DNA of 64,000 bases from NCBI GenBank assembly GCA_963667725.2, contig CAXXHO010000003.1:96001-160000 (forward strand), written 5' to 3'. The stretch is from Treponemataceae bacterium (GTDB lineage: Bacteria > Spirochaetota > Spirochaetia > Treponematales > Rectinemataceae). Below the pieces are notes generated by a model. The model was not told the DNA's origin, made no database searches, and worked only from the letters and a program-made list of their open reading frames with translations. Of this stretch, positions 1 through 10,193 are shown in pieces; position 1 is the stretch's first letter, and the number at the start of each line of letters is the position of its first letter. The position numbers were made by a program, and so were the translations under genes.

Positions 1-274
1 AATTAGGGAATACCTGATAGAACTGCCGGAAATTCTTCAAATTGGCGACGGAAAATCCATTGCCCCATTCGTTTTTAAGCTCGATCGAAAGGCTCTTTAT
101 CAAGTACTCCCCATAGCCTGCCCGTTCTCGGCCTTCCTGTTCTTGTTCAACGATGCGCTTGCCAATCTGCCAATAGGCTTCCACCATGGCAAAGTTGACC
201 GCGGTATAGGCTTTCTGGCGGGCCTTGCTCAGGATTTCCCGGATGGAGGAATAGAAATTGTCTAGTTCATTCAT
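1..274 (-). CDS. YhcG/DUF1016-family (PDDEXK-associated) protein, N-terminal part; runs off the window edge
   Basis: Not in the ORF track. ATG at 274 follows an AGGAGG SD. Translation MNELDNFYSSIREILSKARQKAYTAVNFAMVEAYWQIGKRIVEQEQEGRERAGYGEYLIKSLSIELKNEWGNGFSVANLKNFRQFYQVFP has the typical DUF1016 N-terminal motifs (YW.IG..I, YG...I..LS..L, GFS..NL...RQFY). Confidence 0.85.
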   Translation of the reverse strand, partial: MNELDNFYSSIREILSKARQKAYTAVNFAMVEAYWQIGKRIVEQEQEGRERAGYGEYLIKSLSIELKNEWGNGFSVANLKNFRQFYQVFPN

Positions 275-294
275 AATTCTCTTCCTCCTATTTC

Positions 295-1530
295 CTAAAC
301 AAACATTTTTTCCAGGCAGGCTTTTTTTATGTTTTTCAGCTTGTCCAGCTCACGCTGGTGAAGGGAGATAAGATCATCGAGTTCGCTAAAATATTCTCCT
401 ATTTTTTTTTGCTCTTCATCTTCTGGAAAAGGAAGACTCATTTCATTAAATACTCCATTTGTTATTTGATTAATTGTGGCTCCCATATTTTTCTCGATTT
501 CTCTATTGAATTGAGAGGTATTTAATAACGTATTTATAAAGTCAGGGTGCTTATAATGTATGCCCGTCATAAACGCTCCAATAACAGTATTTGGCATACT
601 TTTCTTTATTTGAGCGTGTTTCCCAATTAATGAACGTGAACCATTTCTAACTACAACAATTATATCGCCAATGTGTACATTTATTGAATTAACGACTTCT
701 GATCTAACATACACATTGTCCGCATTGATTATTTCACTGTTTTTTACATTTGAGGAACGAAGTACAAGAGTCTCCCCATCTTTAACAACATCATGTGGCG
801 AATAGGTTAGTCCACTATAGAGTTCAACAGTTTCCCCCAACTTTCTTCTCTCCCACTTTCCGATAAATCCCTTAAAACGAATCTCAGGAACATCGGTGCC
901 CTCTTTGGGAAACATCTTTTCGAGCATGGCCTTTTTTACTATGGAGAGCTTGTTGTACTTGCGTTGATGCAGGGCGATGAGGGCGTCGAGGTTTTGGAAA
1001 AGATTTCCAATCTTTGTTTGTTCTTCTTTTTTTAATGGAATATTTATCGTTTTTGAAAGAAGTTCCTCTTTAGTTATTCCCTTAATCGAAGTCCCTTGTA
1101 CTGCATGAAGTTCACTTTGGATCTTCTTGTGGATTGAGTACACACCATACCAATTATCGATATTTAATTTGCTTAATGATAAAAAATCTTGACTGGTAGC
1201 ATAACAATATGACATAAAAGCTACTTTCCCGACTCCTACACGTGTTACTATCGCAATAGAGTTTTCAGGTATTAGTTTCGTAGCGGAGGCTGTTATTCCT
1301 TTTTTTGTGATAAATTTTCTAGGAATGATGTTAAATAGCTGTTCCTCTGCTACGTCAGAAGATTGAATCCACGCAATATCTCCATTCCAATACTCATCGA
1401 TAGATGTTTTTGGGGTTCCGCCTCCATAAGTTTCTAAAGCCAAATCCCCCAGCTTTTTTTCTTCCCAATCATCCATGAATCCATTAAATCGCAACTCAGG
1501 CGCTTTTTTCGTCTTCGCCATCTCACTCAC
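295..1530 (-). CDS. hsdS: Type I restriction-modification specificity subunit
   Basis: Two repeated conserved segments (PELRFNGF..WEEKKLG / PEIRFKGF..WERRKLG; EEQ.KIG..F..LD.LI.LHQR) flank two variable TRDs. Overlaps the hsdM stop. Confidence 0.95.
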   Translation of the reverse strand: MSEMAKTKKAPELRFNGFMDDWEEKKLGDLALETYGGGTPKTSIDEYWNGDIAWIQSSDVAEEQLFNIIPRKFITKKGITASATKLIPENSIAIVTRVGVGKVAFMSYCYATSQDFLSLSKLNIDNWYGVYSIHKKIQSELHAVQGTSIKGITKEELLSKTINIPLKKEEQTKIGNLFQNLDALIALHQRKYNKLSIVKKAMLEKMFPKEGTDVPEIRFKGFIGKWERRKLGETVELYSGLTYSPHDVVKDGETLVLRSSNVKNSEIINADNVYVRSEVVNSINVHIGDIIVVVRNGSRSLIGKHAQIKKSMPNTVIGAFMTGIHYKHPDFINTLLNTSQFNREIEKNMGATINQITNGVFNEMSLPFPEDEEQKKIGEYFSELDDLISLHQRELDKLKNIKKACLEKMFV

Positions 1531-4117
1531 CCTTCAAGAGCTGCTGGAATTCGGCCAGGCCTTTGAGGTCGTAGTCGCTGCCCGTAAGCTCGTCGATGAG
1601 GGAGGAAAGGCTCGCTTCGGTTTCGCGCATCTCTTCGACCACTTCCTTGTAGGTGGTCGCGTATTTTTCTGCCAGACCTGAGACCACGCTTGAAATGTTC
1701 GCGATAATTTCGTCCGGCAGCTTGTGGAGGGAAGTCACTAAAGGGGCAATCCACTTCTGTTCGAGGAGCTTCTTCACCTGCTCATCGCTTAAAGACTCGA
1801 TGGTCGATTTCGTCTTGAGATGGAGGGCGGCGTCCTGAGCCTTAACCTCTTTTTTCAAGATTTTTTCTTCCCAAACAAGCTCGTCCGCTTTCAGAATTTT
1901 TGCCTCATAGGAATCTTCATCGAAGGCCTCGCCTTCGGCATCGCCCTTCTTCGTGTCTGCCCTGATCTGCTTGGCTTCCTTGGCGAGTTCCGCGAGGACA
2001 AAGCCATCCTTGTTCTCATTGAAAGCATCGCTCTCTTTATCATCATCGGCAAAGGAGTCGAGAAGCTCGGCTAGCTCGCCGTCTATTTCCGTAAGCCGAT
2101 TTTCGCTCTTTTTAAGCTTCTGATAGTCAGTTTTAAGAAGGTTTTGCTGCACGAGTTCGAAGGGTAGTATTCGGCCTACCCATCCTTCCTGAATCTCTTG
2201 CTCCTTGCCCTCTTTTTTCTTCATGACCATATGTGGATCGACTTTCTTCGTCGCCTCGAAACCCTCGCTCTGGATGATTTCCAGATCCACCGCGATCTTC
2301 GTCCACTCATCGTCCAGGATCTGGTAGGCCTCGTATCTATCGATAAGAGGAATGGTCTCGAGGCGCTTGAAAATCCCCTTGCTGAGAGCCGCTTCTTCCT
2401 GCGAGATGTCCAGATCGAGCATCGTGGTGATAAGGTCTTTTTTAAGCGCCCGGTCAAAGCTGGAAAAAGCGGCTTTAAAGGCGCCAATAAAACCCTGCAC
2501 GTTGGCGTGCTCCCTTATAGTGAGCTTGACGTCTTTCACTTTAAGGGCCGCGTAGGGGCCTGGCTTTTTCGAGAATAGGGCGGAGCGCAAGCTCGGAAAG
2601 GCCGTCCAGTAAGCCTCAAGCGCGTCGATTTCCTTTTTCGGCATTCCGCCGAACATGGAGGCGTAGATATCCCAGCTTTCAGCCCCTTCCGAGGAATCAA
2701 CGTAGCGAGGGATGTTGAGGTTGTAGTCGTTGTCCCGAATTTCTTCGCGGCTCACGACGCGAGAAAATTTCGGCGCCATATCCCGAGCGATCACTGTATC
2801 GGCGATGCGCTTTACGTCCGAGGCGCGGAGCTTATTGCTCTTGCCGACCTTGATGAAGCCCTTCGAGGCGTCGACGATGAGGATGTCGGTATTTTCGCGC
2901 TTCTGCTTTAACACCATAACGATGGTCGGAATACCCGTGCCGAAGAATATGTTGGCCGGAAGCCCGATGATCGTGTCGATGTGGTTCCCCTCGATGAGCT
3001 TCTTGCGTATCTCGCCTTCAACTCCGCCGCGGAAAAGGACGCCGTGGGGCAGAACGATGGTCATGATGCCATCGGGCTTCAAGTGAAAAAGCTCGTGGAG
3101 CAAAAAGGCGTAGTCCGCCTTGGACTTGGGCGCGAGACCGAAGCGAGCGTAGCGGGGGTCGGTTTCCTTATTTGATGAGTCCCACTTCTGGGAATAGGGC
3201 GGGTTCGAGACCACCGCGTCCACATAGAGGGGGCTGTAGGTATTGACCGGATCGTTCTCGTCGAAATAAGGCCAATCGGTTTCGAGGGTGTCGGCATTCC
3301 GGGTCACGATGTTGTCGACGAGGATTCCGCGCATCACGAGATTCATGCGGGTAAGATTGTAGGTATTCTGCTTGAGCTCTTGGGCGTAGTACTTGATGTT
3401 CCGGTCATCCTTCATATGCTTGGCAACGCTGCGCCCGATGTTGATGAGGAGGGAGCCCGAGCCGCTCGTGGGGTCGTAGATCGTTATCTCTTTCTTATCC
3501 CGCAGGTGGTGCGCGACGATCTCCGACATCAGGAGGGACACCTCGTAGGGAGTATAGAACTCGCCAGCCTTCTTGCCCGCGTTGGCCGCGAACATGCCGA
3601 TGAGGTACTCATAGATGAAGCCTAGAACGTCGTAGTCCTGCTTCCCGTCCATGGGGATGTCTTTGATCAAGTGCACGAGAGCGCTTATCGCCTTAGTCTG
3701 GGACGCGGCGCTATCGCCCAACTTGCTCAAGCCCGTCTGCAGGGTATCGAAGATGCCGTTGAATACTTTCTTATGCGCGGTATCGATCAATCGGCTGAAC
3801 GCCGAGAGCGCGTCCCGGACATTGGAAACGTCAAACTCATTCCCCTTGTCGATCCATGTCGAAAACAAGTCTTTATAAGCGATGAAATAACCCAGATTGC
3901 TCTTGAAGTATGCCGCGGTCTGGGCGTCCTCCTCGGAAAGAGACTTAATTTCCTTGGCGGACATGCCTTCCTTCTTGGCGAATCTCAATTCATTGTCCGA
4001 AAGGTATTTGTAGAAAATGAAACCTAAAATATAGTCCTTGTATTCATTGGCTTCGATTTTGGACCGCATCTGGTTGGCCGATTCCCAGATTTTCGCCGCT
4101 AACTGCTGTTTGTTCAT
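1523..4117 (-). CDS. hsdM: Type I restriction-modification N6-adenine methyltransferase (long form, 864 aa)
   Basis: GEFYTP, YDPTSGSGSLL (motif I), VSNPPYS (motif IV) and YNLNIPRYV motifs. Confidence 0.97.
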   Translation of the reverse strand: MNKQQLAAKIWESANQMRSKIEANEYKDYILGFIFYKYLSDNELRFAKKEGMSAKEIKSLSEEDAQTAAYFKSNLGYFIAYKDLFSTWIDKGNEFDVSNVRDALSAFSRLIDTAHKKVFNGIFDTLQTGLSKLGDSAASQTKAISALVHLIKDIPMDGKQDYDVLGFIYEYLIGMFAANAGKKAGEFYTPYEVSLLMSEIVAHHLRDKKEITIYDPTSGSGSLLINIGRSVAKHMKDDRNIKYYAQELKQNTYNLTRMNLVMRGILVDNIVTRNADTLETDWPYFDENDPVNTYSPLYVDAVVSNPPYSQKWDSSNKETDPRYARFGLAPKSKADYAFLLHELFHLKPDGIMTIVLPHGVLFRGGVEGEIRKKLIEGNHIDTIIGLPANIFFGTGIPTIVMVLKQKRENTDILIVDASKGFIKVGKSNKLRASDVKRIADTVIARDMAPKFSRVVSREEIRDNDYNLNIPRYVDSSEGAESWDIYASMFGGMPKKEIDALEAYWTAFPSLRSALFSKKPGPYAALKVKDVKLTIREHANVQGFIGAFKAAFSSFDRALKKDLITTMLDLDISQEEAALSKGIFKRLETIPLIDRYEAYQILDDEWTKIAVDLEIIQSEGFEATKKVDPHMVMKKKEGKEQEIQEGWVGRILPFELVQQNLLKTDYQKLKKSENRLTEIDGELAELLDSFADDDKESDAFNENKDGFVLAELAKEAKQIRADTKKGDAEGEAFDEDSYEAKILKADELVWEEKILKKEVKAQDAALHLKTKSTIESLSDEQVKKLLEQKWIAPLVTSLHKLPDEIIANISSVVSGLAEKYATTYKEVVEEMRETEASLSSLIDELTGSDYDLKGLAEFQQLLKGE

Positions 4118-4336
4118 TTCTTCGATACCTTCCTAATGCTTATAGACACCGTTTTTCTATCCTAATAGAAATTATTTTATCATAGTTTTTCACGATTTCC
4201 ATCAGAATAAGCTACACAGAGAAGGATCGATTTCCGAGACGACTGAAGGCCTGTGAATCCTGAAGATCCTGTTATCTTGTCTCGTTTTTTCACCTCTTTC
4301 GCGCGGCGGAAGAGGAAGCCCGCGGCGGAGAAGGCC

Positions 4337-5149
4337 TCAGCCCAGGGCTACGTCCAGTACCATCATGAGGGCAAAGCCCAGCATGGTGCCGATGGTGGCG
4401 AGATGGCCGTTGCCGCTTCGGTTCGCTTCGGGGAGGACTTCCTCGGCGACGACATAGATCATGGCGCCGGCGGCGAAGGCGAGGGCGTAGGGGAGAATCG
4501 GCCGCATGATGCCGACGAGCAGCACACCTATTATGCCCGCTATCGGCTCGACGATGCCCGAAGCCTGGCCATAGAAGAAACTCTTGAACCTTCCCATGCC
4601 GTCCCGGCGTAATGGGATGGAAACCGCCGCGCCCTCGGGGAAGTTCTGAAGCCCGATGCCCAGGGCGAGGGCTATGGCGCCGGCGAGGCTCGCCGAACTG
4701 ATGCCCGCTCCCACGGCGCCGAATCCGACACCCACGGCGAGACCTTCCGGGATGTTGTGCAGAGTTATGGCCAGCACCAGAAGAGTGCTGCGCTGCCAAT
4801 TCGTCTTGATGCCTTCGGCTTCTTCCCGCTTGTACTCAATATGGACATGTGGAAGGAGCATGTCGACGAGGCGAAGGAAAAGGCCGCCGCCCAAGAATCC
4901 TACGAGGGGAGGAAACCACTTGACGATTCCCATGCTTTCGGCCAGGTCGATGGAGGGCGCGAGGAGGGACCAGAAGCTGGCCGCAATCATGACGCCCGCG
5001 GCGAATCCGAGCATGCCGTCCAGCACGCGCCGATCGATACTCTTGAAAAAGAAGACCATTCCGGCGCCCAGGGCGGTTACGCCCCAGGTGAAGAGCGTGG
5101 CGATTAAGGTCTGGACCACAGGAGACATTGAATTAAGCCAATTCAGCAT
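4337..5149 (-). CDS. ZIP-family (GufA/ZupT-like) divalent metal transporter
   Basis: AITLHNIPEGLAVG and GIGLQNFPEG metal-site motifs; multiple TM helices. Confidence 0.92.
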   Translation of the reverse strand: MLNWLNSMSPVVQTLIATLFTWGVTALGAGMVFFFKSIDRRVLDGMLGFAAGVMIAASFWSLLAPSIDLAESMGIVKWFPPLVGFLGGGLFLRLVDMLLPHVHIEYKREEAEGIKTNWQRSTLLVLAITLHNIPEGLAVGVGFGAVGAGISSASLAGAIALALGIGLQNFPEGAAVSIPLRRDGMGRFKSFFYGQASGIVEPIAGIIGVLLVGIMRPILPYALAFAAGAMIYVVAEEVLPEANRSGNGHLATIGTMLGFALMMVLDVALG

Positions 5150-5300
5150 CGACTTTTCCTCCGAGAGAAACTGCTCTCAGTATAACAATGAAAAGGAGAG
5201 CCGGGCAATTATTCGGTACCTGCATAAATAAACTTCATCGATCGAAAGAAAATTCATTGACCTGGATTGTTTCATATTCTAGACTGCAAAAACCTGGGAG

Positions 5301-6554
5301 GTGCCATTGGCTTTACACGACCGTGTCCTTCGTCGATTCGTCGCGGCGACTATCATGCTGTTCCTGGTTTTTGGAATTCTTGCCGATGGACCACGGTCAA
5401 GTTTGGAAGGTTTTCTGCGCCTTCAGGTCAGTCCCACCCGTCTCATGAGCGATTTCACCGCCATGGAAGGGACAGGCGCGGCCTTTGTCAACGCCGCTTG
5501 CGTCGGGTTGCTGGGGTTGCTTGTCCTTAGGTTGAACAGGATATCGCTTTCCGGACCTACCACGGCGGCGCTATTCACCATGATCGGCTTCGCGCTATTC
5601 GGGAAAACCCTGCTCAACTGTATTCCCATAATCATCGGCGTCAGCCTGGCCGCCCTCATCGTCGGGAAGCAGCCCAAAGAATATACCCTGATCGCGATGT
5701 TCGGAACGGCCTTGGGGCCCATCGTCAGCTATGTGGCCTTCGAGATGGGGCTTCCCCTCGCGTTCGCTCTCCCCGCATCGATGCTTATAGGCGTGATGAC
5801 GGGCATCCTGCTTCCCCCGCTAGCCCTTACCATGCTGCATCTCCATCAGGGATACAATCTCTATAACGTCGGGCTGACGGCCGGCTTCATCGGGCTTTTT
5901 GCCGCGTCCATACCGAACGCCGGCGGCCGCGACATTTCGACGATCGCGGAGTGGGGCCTGACTGCCGATCCATGGCTGATACTCATCGTACCTATCCTGA
6001 GCGTTTTCGCCATCGCGGCGGCCTTCGTATGCTGCGGCGGCAAGGCCTGGAAGGAATTCCTGGCCATCCAGAAGCTGCCCGGGCGCCTGCCCTCAGATTT
6101 CTGCGACCTGGAAGGACCGGGAGGAGCCCTGCTGAACGCCGGCATTCTCGGCCTCATGTACAGCGCTTACATAGCCATCATCGGCGCCCCCTTCAATGGT
6201 CCCGTCATCGGCGGGCTCATGACGGTGGTGGGCTTCGGCTTTTTCGGTAAAAATCCCAGGAATGTCTATCCCGTCTTTATCGGCCTTCTTCTCGCGGCCT
6301 TGCTGTTCGGCAAGAACTTAACCGAATCCTGGGTCGTGCTGGCCTTTCTCTTCGGGACGGCGCTGGCGCCTCTCGCGGGAGAATTCGGCCTATTCGTGGG
6401 CATCGCGGCAGGCTTCCTTCATCTTGTGATTGTGGAGCGTTCGGGTACCTGGCATGGCGGCATGAACCTCTACAACAATGGATTCGCGGGCGGCCTCACG
6501 GCCACGTTGATTGTCGCTGTCATCGAGTGGTACAAGACCAATGTCCAGCGATAA
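5301..6554 (+). CDS. DUF1576-family multi-pass membrane protein
   Basis: Internally duplicated hydrophobic protein with repeated motifs GF..FGK, FGTAL.P and GYNLYN.G / GMNLYNNGF. Start may be GTG 5301 or TTG 5307. Confidence 0.8.
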   Translation: MPLALHDRVLRRFVAATIMLFLVFGILADGPRSSLEGFLRLQVSPTRLMSDFTAMEGTGAAFVNAACVGLLGLLVLRLNRISLSGPTTAALFTMIGFALFGKTLLNCIPIIIGVSLAALIVGKQPKEYTLIAMFGTALGPIVSYVAFEMGLPLAFALPASMLIGVMTGILLPPLALTMLHLHQGYNLYNVGLTAGFIGLFAASIPNAGGRDISTIAEWGLTADPWLILIVPILSVFAIAAAFVCCGGKAWKEFLAIQKLPGRLPSDFCDLEGPGGALLNAGILGLMYSAYIAIIGAPFNGPVIGGLMTVVGFGFFGKNPRNVYPVFIGLLLAALLFGKNLTESWVVLAFLFGTALAPLAGEFGLFVGIAAGFLHLVIVERSGTWHGGMNLYNNGFAGGLTATLIVAVIEWYKTNVQR

Positions 6555-6578
6555 AGCGCTTATAAAAGGAAAAGAACA

Positions 6579-6986
6579 GTGAAGCGGAGAGATTTTCTCG
6601 TGCATCTCATCAGCGAAGTGTCGAGCTTCATCCTCCAGGAACAGCCGCGCAAGATGGTCATTTCCCTGCATCAGGAAACCGACGGCATCCATCTCGCGGT
6701 GATAGACGACAGGCAGCGCAGCGACGCGGAAGTCAAGGAAATCGAACGTTCGCTCAACGCCGCTAAAAGGCCGGAACTGGCCGGCTACTATGGGGAGATG
6801 GCGGGCCACGACCTTCTCGGCAGCGCCCGCCTCAATCTTGTCGGCTGGCAGATAAAGCACGCCGACGTGATGAAAACGCCCGAAGGCGGGATCATGCTCA
6901 ACATGTGGATCGGGGGCGAGGGATTCGAATACAAGAAGTTCACGCTGGATTCCGGAAAGGCTGACGGGGGCGGAAAAGGGAAATGA
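6579..6986 (+). CDS. Hypothetical protein, possibly a degenerate GHKL/HATPase-like fold
   Basis: AAGGA SD, 24 bp after the DUF1576 gene. Secondary-structure pattern resembles HATPase_c without the N/G boxes. Confidence 0.6.
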   Translation: MKRRDFLVHLISEVSSFILQEQPRKMVISLHQETDGIHLAVIDDRQRSDAEVKEIERSLNAAKRPELAGYYGEMAGHDLLGSARLNLVGWQIKHADVMKTPEGGIMLNMWIGGEGFEYKKFTLDSGKADGGGKGK

Positions 6987-7029
6987 CGGCGGTGTTGCCT
7001 GCCCGCGGCTAAGTCATTATAGTCAATGC

Positions 7030-8514
7030 ATGGCTGCGAGCATTTTATGGTACGATCTGGAGACCTTCGGCATCGATCCCCGACATGACAGGATAGCGCA
7101 GTTCGCGTGCATCCGAACGGATGAAAACCTCGAGGAAATCGATGAGCCGGTAAAGCTTTACTGCAAGCCATCCCTCGATTACCTGCCTTCTCCGGCGGCG
7201 TGCAAGGTCCACGGCATCACGCCGCAGACTGCTTTCGAACTTGGGTTGAACGAGTACGATCTGTCGCTTCGCCTTCTGGATGAATTTTCCCGTCCGGGCA
7301 CGACGGTGGCGGGCTACAATTCCATCAATTTCGACGATGAATTCATCAGATTCCTCTTCTACAGAAATCTTCTCGACCCTTACGCGCGCGAGTACGCGAA
7401 CGGGAATTCCCGCTGGGACATCATCAACCTGGCGAGGGCCGCCCACGACCTCCGTCCCGACGGCATCGTCTGGCCCAAGGATAAGGACGGAACGCCCCTC
7501 TTCAAGCTGGAGGTGCTGGCTAAGGCCAACGGACTAGTCCACACTTCGGCGCACGACGCGTTGAGCGATATCCGCGCGACGATTTCGCTCGCCAAGCTCG
7601 TCAGGACGAAACAGGAAAAGCTCTATGCCTGGTATTTCTCGCACCGCAGGCGGGAGAGCCTGAAACCGCTCATAAATCTGCCCGCGCGCAGGATGCTTCT
7701 CCATACGTCGGCTGAATATACCTCCGTGAGGGGCTGCACGACGCTGGTGGCCCCGGTGGGCATCGATCCGGCCAACAGGAATCAGGTCATCGCCATTGAT
7801 CTGCGCTTCGATCCCAGCGAACTGGTTTCCCTTTCCGTGGAGGCAATCAGGCAACGCGTCTTCGCGAAAGCGAGCGAGCGCACAGAACCCAGAATTCCTC
7901 TTTCGAGGATCCTCCTCAATCATTGTCCCTTCCTGGCTCCCTCAGGCACGCTTTCAAAGGAAGCGGGCGAAAGCCTGGGGCTGGACAAGGACCTATGCGG
8001 GAAGCGACTCGCCTTCATCAATGACAATCCGGGGCTCGTTCAGAAGCTCACCGCCGTATTCGACGAACCCATGCCCTCTCCCGCCACCGACGATCCTGAC
8101 GTCTGCCTCTATTCGGGCGGCTTCATGCCCAACGTCGACAGGGAAAAGTTGACCAAATTCCATATGATGCTGGCGGTCAAGCGGATCACGCCCGATGGCC
8201 TGAAGGCCGCCAAATCGTCGCTGCTGAAGATGAAGTTCGTCGACGACAGGATACCCCGTCTCGCCCATAGGCTTTTCGCGAGGAATTTTCCCGAAACCTT
8301 GGGCGACGCCGAACGTTTGAAATGGCGAGACTTCTGCGCCGGCAGGATTCAGCTTCCCGCGAGGGAGGGAACGGTGGAACTTGCCGACTATGCCAGGCTC
8401 GTGGAGACCGAGCTGGCGGATCCGGAGCTTTCAGCGCCGAAGCGGGCTATCATCCATGCCCTCCTCGAATGGAAAAAGCATATCGAGGAAGAGGTTCTCT
8501 CCTGGGGGGGCTGA
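7030..8514 (+). CDS. sbcB: Exodeoxyribonuclease I
   Basis: WYDLETFG (ExoI), GYNSINFDDEF (ExoII), AHDALSDI (ExoIII), NSRWDII, LYSGGF and ARNFPETL motifs. Confidence 0.95.
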   Translation: MAASILWYDLETFGIDPRHDRIAQFACIRTDENLEEIDEPVKLYCKPSLDYLPSPAACKVHGITPQTAFELGLNEYDLSLRLLDEFSRPGTTVAGYNSINFDDEFIRFLFYRNLLDPYAREYANGNSRWDIINLARAAHDLRPDGIVWPKDKDGTPLFKLEVLAKANGLVHTSAHDALSDIRATISLAKLVRTKQEKLYAWYFSHRRRESLKPLINLPARRMLLHTSAEYTSVRGCTTLVAPVGIDPANRNQVIAIDLRFDPSELVSLSVEAIRQRVFAKASERTEPRIPLSRILLNHCPFLAPSGTLSKEAGESLGLDKDLCGKRLAFINDNPGLVQKLTAVFDEPMPSPATDDPDVCLYSGGFMPNVDREKLTKFHMMLAVKRITPDGLKAAKSSLLKMKFVDDRIPRLAHRLFARNFPETLGDAERLKWRDFCAGRIQLPAREGTVELADYARLVETELADPELSAPKRAIIHALLEWKKHIEEEVLSWGG

Positions 8515-8596
8515 AAGCGGGAAATCGGCTTCAGCCATATGGTTTTCCGAATTATTGCGCTATTGTTATCGTGGGGTTTTATGCCCCAGGCGGTAT

Positions 8597-9109
8597 ATGA
8601 TGAAGAAACGAGGATTTTCGTTCAGCCTTGCGCTGATTTTATGCTTCTCTCTCGGAGGACTGACGCTTCATGCCGAGGCAGGAGCGGCGGCCCCCGGCGT
8701 GAAGCCCGCCCCCGTAGCCATGACAGTCCAGGTGACCAGAAGCCAGATTCGGGAGTCGCCCTCCGTCATTGCCCCCATACTGGCGACCATCGTCTACAGG
8801 AATAAAGTCGTCATGTACGAGAACAAGGACGGCTGGGCTAAGGTTCAGGTGCCCGGCTCCACGAGGTACGGCTATATGTTCATGTCCGCGCTCACGGAAA
8901 AGACGATAAGCTCGACCGATGCGGGAAGGGCCACATCCGGCATCACCGGCAGCGAAATCGCCCTTGCCGGCAAGGGGTTCAGCGAATCGGTGGAAGAGTC
9001 TTACCGCAAGAGTTCGGGCGCGGATTATTCCTGGGTAGATGCCATGGAAGGGTACGCGTATTCCCCCGAAACCGTGGTCGGCTTTCTGGCGGGCGCGCCG
9101 CAGCGGTGA
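8597..9109 (+). CDS. Secreted SH3b-domain protein
   Basis: Start moved to MMKKRG, which gives a signal peptide. IRESPS...ILATI..GWAKV...GYM..SAL is an SH3b pattern, followed by an IALAGKGF motif. Overlaps the M48 gene start. Confidence 0.75.
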   Translation: MMKKRGFSFSLALILCFSLGGLTLHAEAGAAAPGVKPAPVAMTVQVTRSQIRESPSVIAPILATIVYRNKVVMYENKDGWAKVQVPGSTRYGYMFMSALTEKTISSTDAGRATSGITGSEIALAGKGFSESVEESYRKSSGADYSWVDAMEGYAYSPETVVGFLAGAPQR

Positions 9110-10116
9110 GGTTCATGAAAAGAAGGCCCTGTTCGCTTTTTCCTCATCTCGCGGCAAGCGCCCTGGCTTTCTTGTGCGTTCTATCCTTTAGTTCCTGCCT
9201 GACCCTGGCGGACAGCATGGATCTGCTGGCCTCCCAGGCCGTCAGCCAGGGGCTTTTGAATAATTATCAGGCCACCATGCTCAAGGTGGCGGCTAAAGCC
9301 GCCGCCGAAGCCTCCCGTCGGCTCAGTCCCGAAGAAGAGTACTTTGTGGGAAGGGCCGTGGCGGCCAGCATTTTTTCGACCTATCGTCCCTATGACTGTT
9401 ACGAGCTCAACGCTTATCTCAATAAGCTGGGACAGGGACTTGCCCTGTATTCGTCGCGGCCGGAGATTTACGCCGGGTATCGCTTCATCGTTCTGGACAG
9501 CGGGGAAATCAACGCCTTCGCCTCGCCCGGCGGGCACATCCTCGTAACGAGGGGTCTGCTCGGGAAGGTCCAGAGCGAGGATGAGCTGGCGGCTGTCCTG
9601 GCCCACGAGATCGCCCATATTTCGCTGGGGCACGGCTTGGCGTCGGTACAGGGCGCCAGGATTACGCAGATCGCTTCGGAGTTCGCGATAAGCGCCGGCC
9701 ATGCCTCGGGTGGGGATATCGCGGCATTCACGTCGGCTTTCGGCGATTCCATTTCCGAATTGGCCAAAACCATCGTCATTTCCGGGTATTCGCAGACCTA
9801 TGAATTCCAGGCCGATATCGAGGCCAGGAACATCATTGTCGCGGCCGGATACGATCCGAACGCGTTGTCGCGCCTCATCGGGCATCTGCCCGGACGAGGG
9901 GGCGGGAATGCAGCGGGGTTCGCCGTCACTCATCCTGAACCGCTGTCCCGGCAGGAGGCGCTGCGCGATTCGCCGCTCGAGCCGGGCAAGGCCGCCGCCG
10001 CGAAAAGAGCATGGCCTGTTCCCAGGGAAGAGGATGAAAGCATGAGAGCGGTGAATCTCGTCCGCGCTTCATTCGTGCGCGCCGAACGCTTCGAGACGCT
10101 GAGGGGTTTTTTCTGA
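9106..10116 (+). CDS. M48-family zinc metallopeptidase (probable lipoprotein)
   Basis: INAFASPGG, ELAAVLAHEIAH (HExxH), YSQTYEFQAD and THP motifs; SFSSC lipobox-like sequence. Confidence 0.92.
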   Translation: MRFMKRRPCSLFPHLAASALAFLCVLSFSSCLTLADSMDLLASQAVSQGLLNNYQATMLKVAAKAAAEASRRLSPEEEYFVGRAVAASIFSTYRPYDCYELNAYLNKLGQGLALYSSRPEIYAGYRFIVLDSGEINAFASPGGHILVTRGLLGKVQSEDELAAVLAHEIAHISLGHGLASVQGARITQIASEFAISAGHASGGDIAAFTSAFGDSISELAKTIVISGYSQTYEFQADIEARNIIVAAGYDPNALSRLIGHLPGRGGGNAAGFAVTHPEPLSRQEALRDSPLEPGKAAAAKRAWPVPREEDESMRAVNLVRASFVRAERFETLRGFF

Positions 10117-10193
10117 AAAGCGATAGCTCCGGGGGCAACGCGGGCCAACGTTCCCCCGCCGAGCGCGGCAGTCTTCCCGAAACCAGGCATGAG

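Noticed and set aside
4118..4336. Possible tRNA/att integration site beside the R-M locus
   Set aside because: No cloverleaf, direct repeat or integrase is visible.
8381..8596. N-terminal 72 codons of the SH3b ORF
   Set aside because: They overlap sbcB and would bury the signal peptide that starts at 8597.
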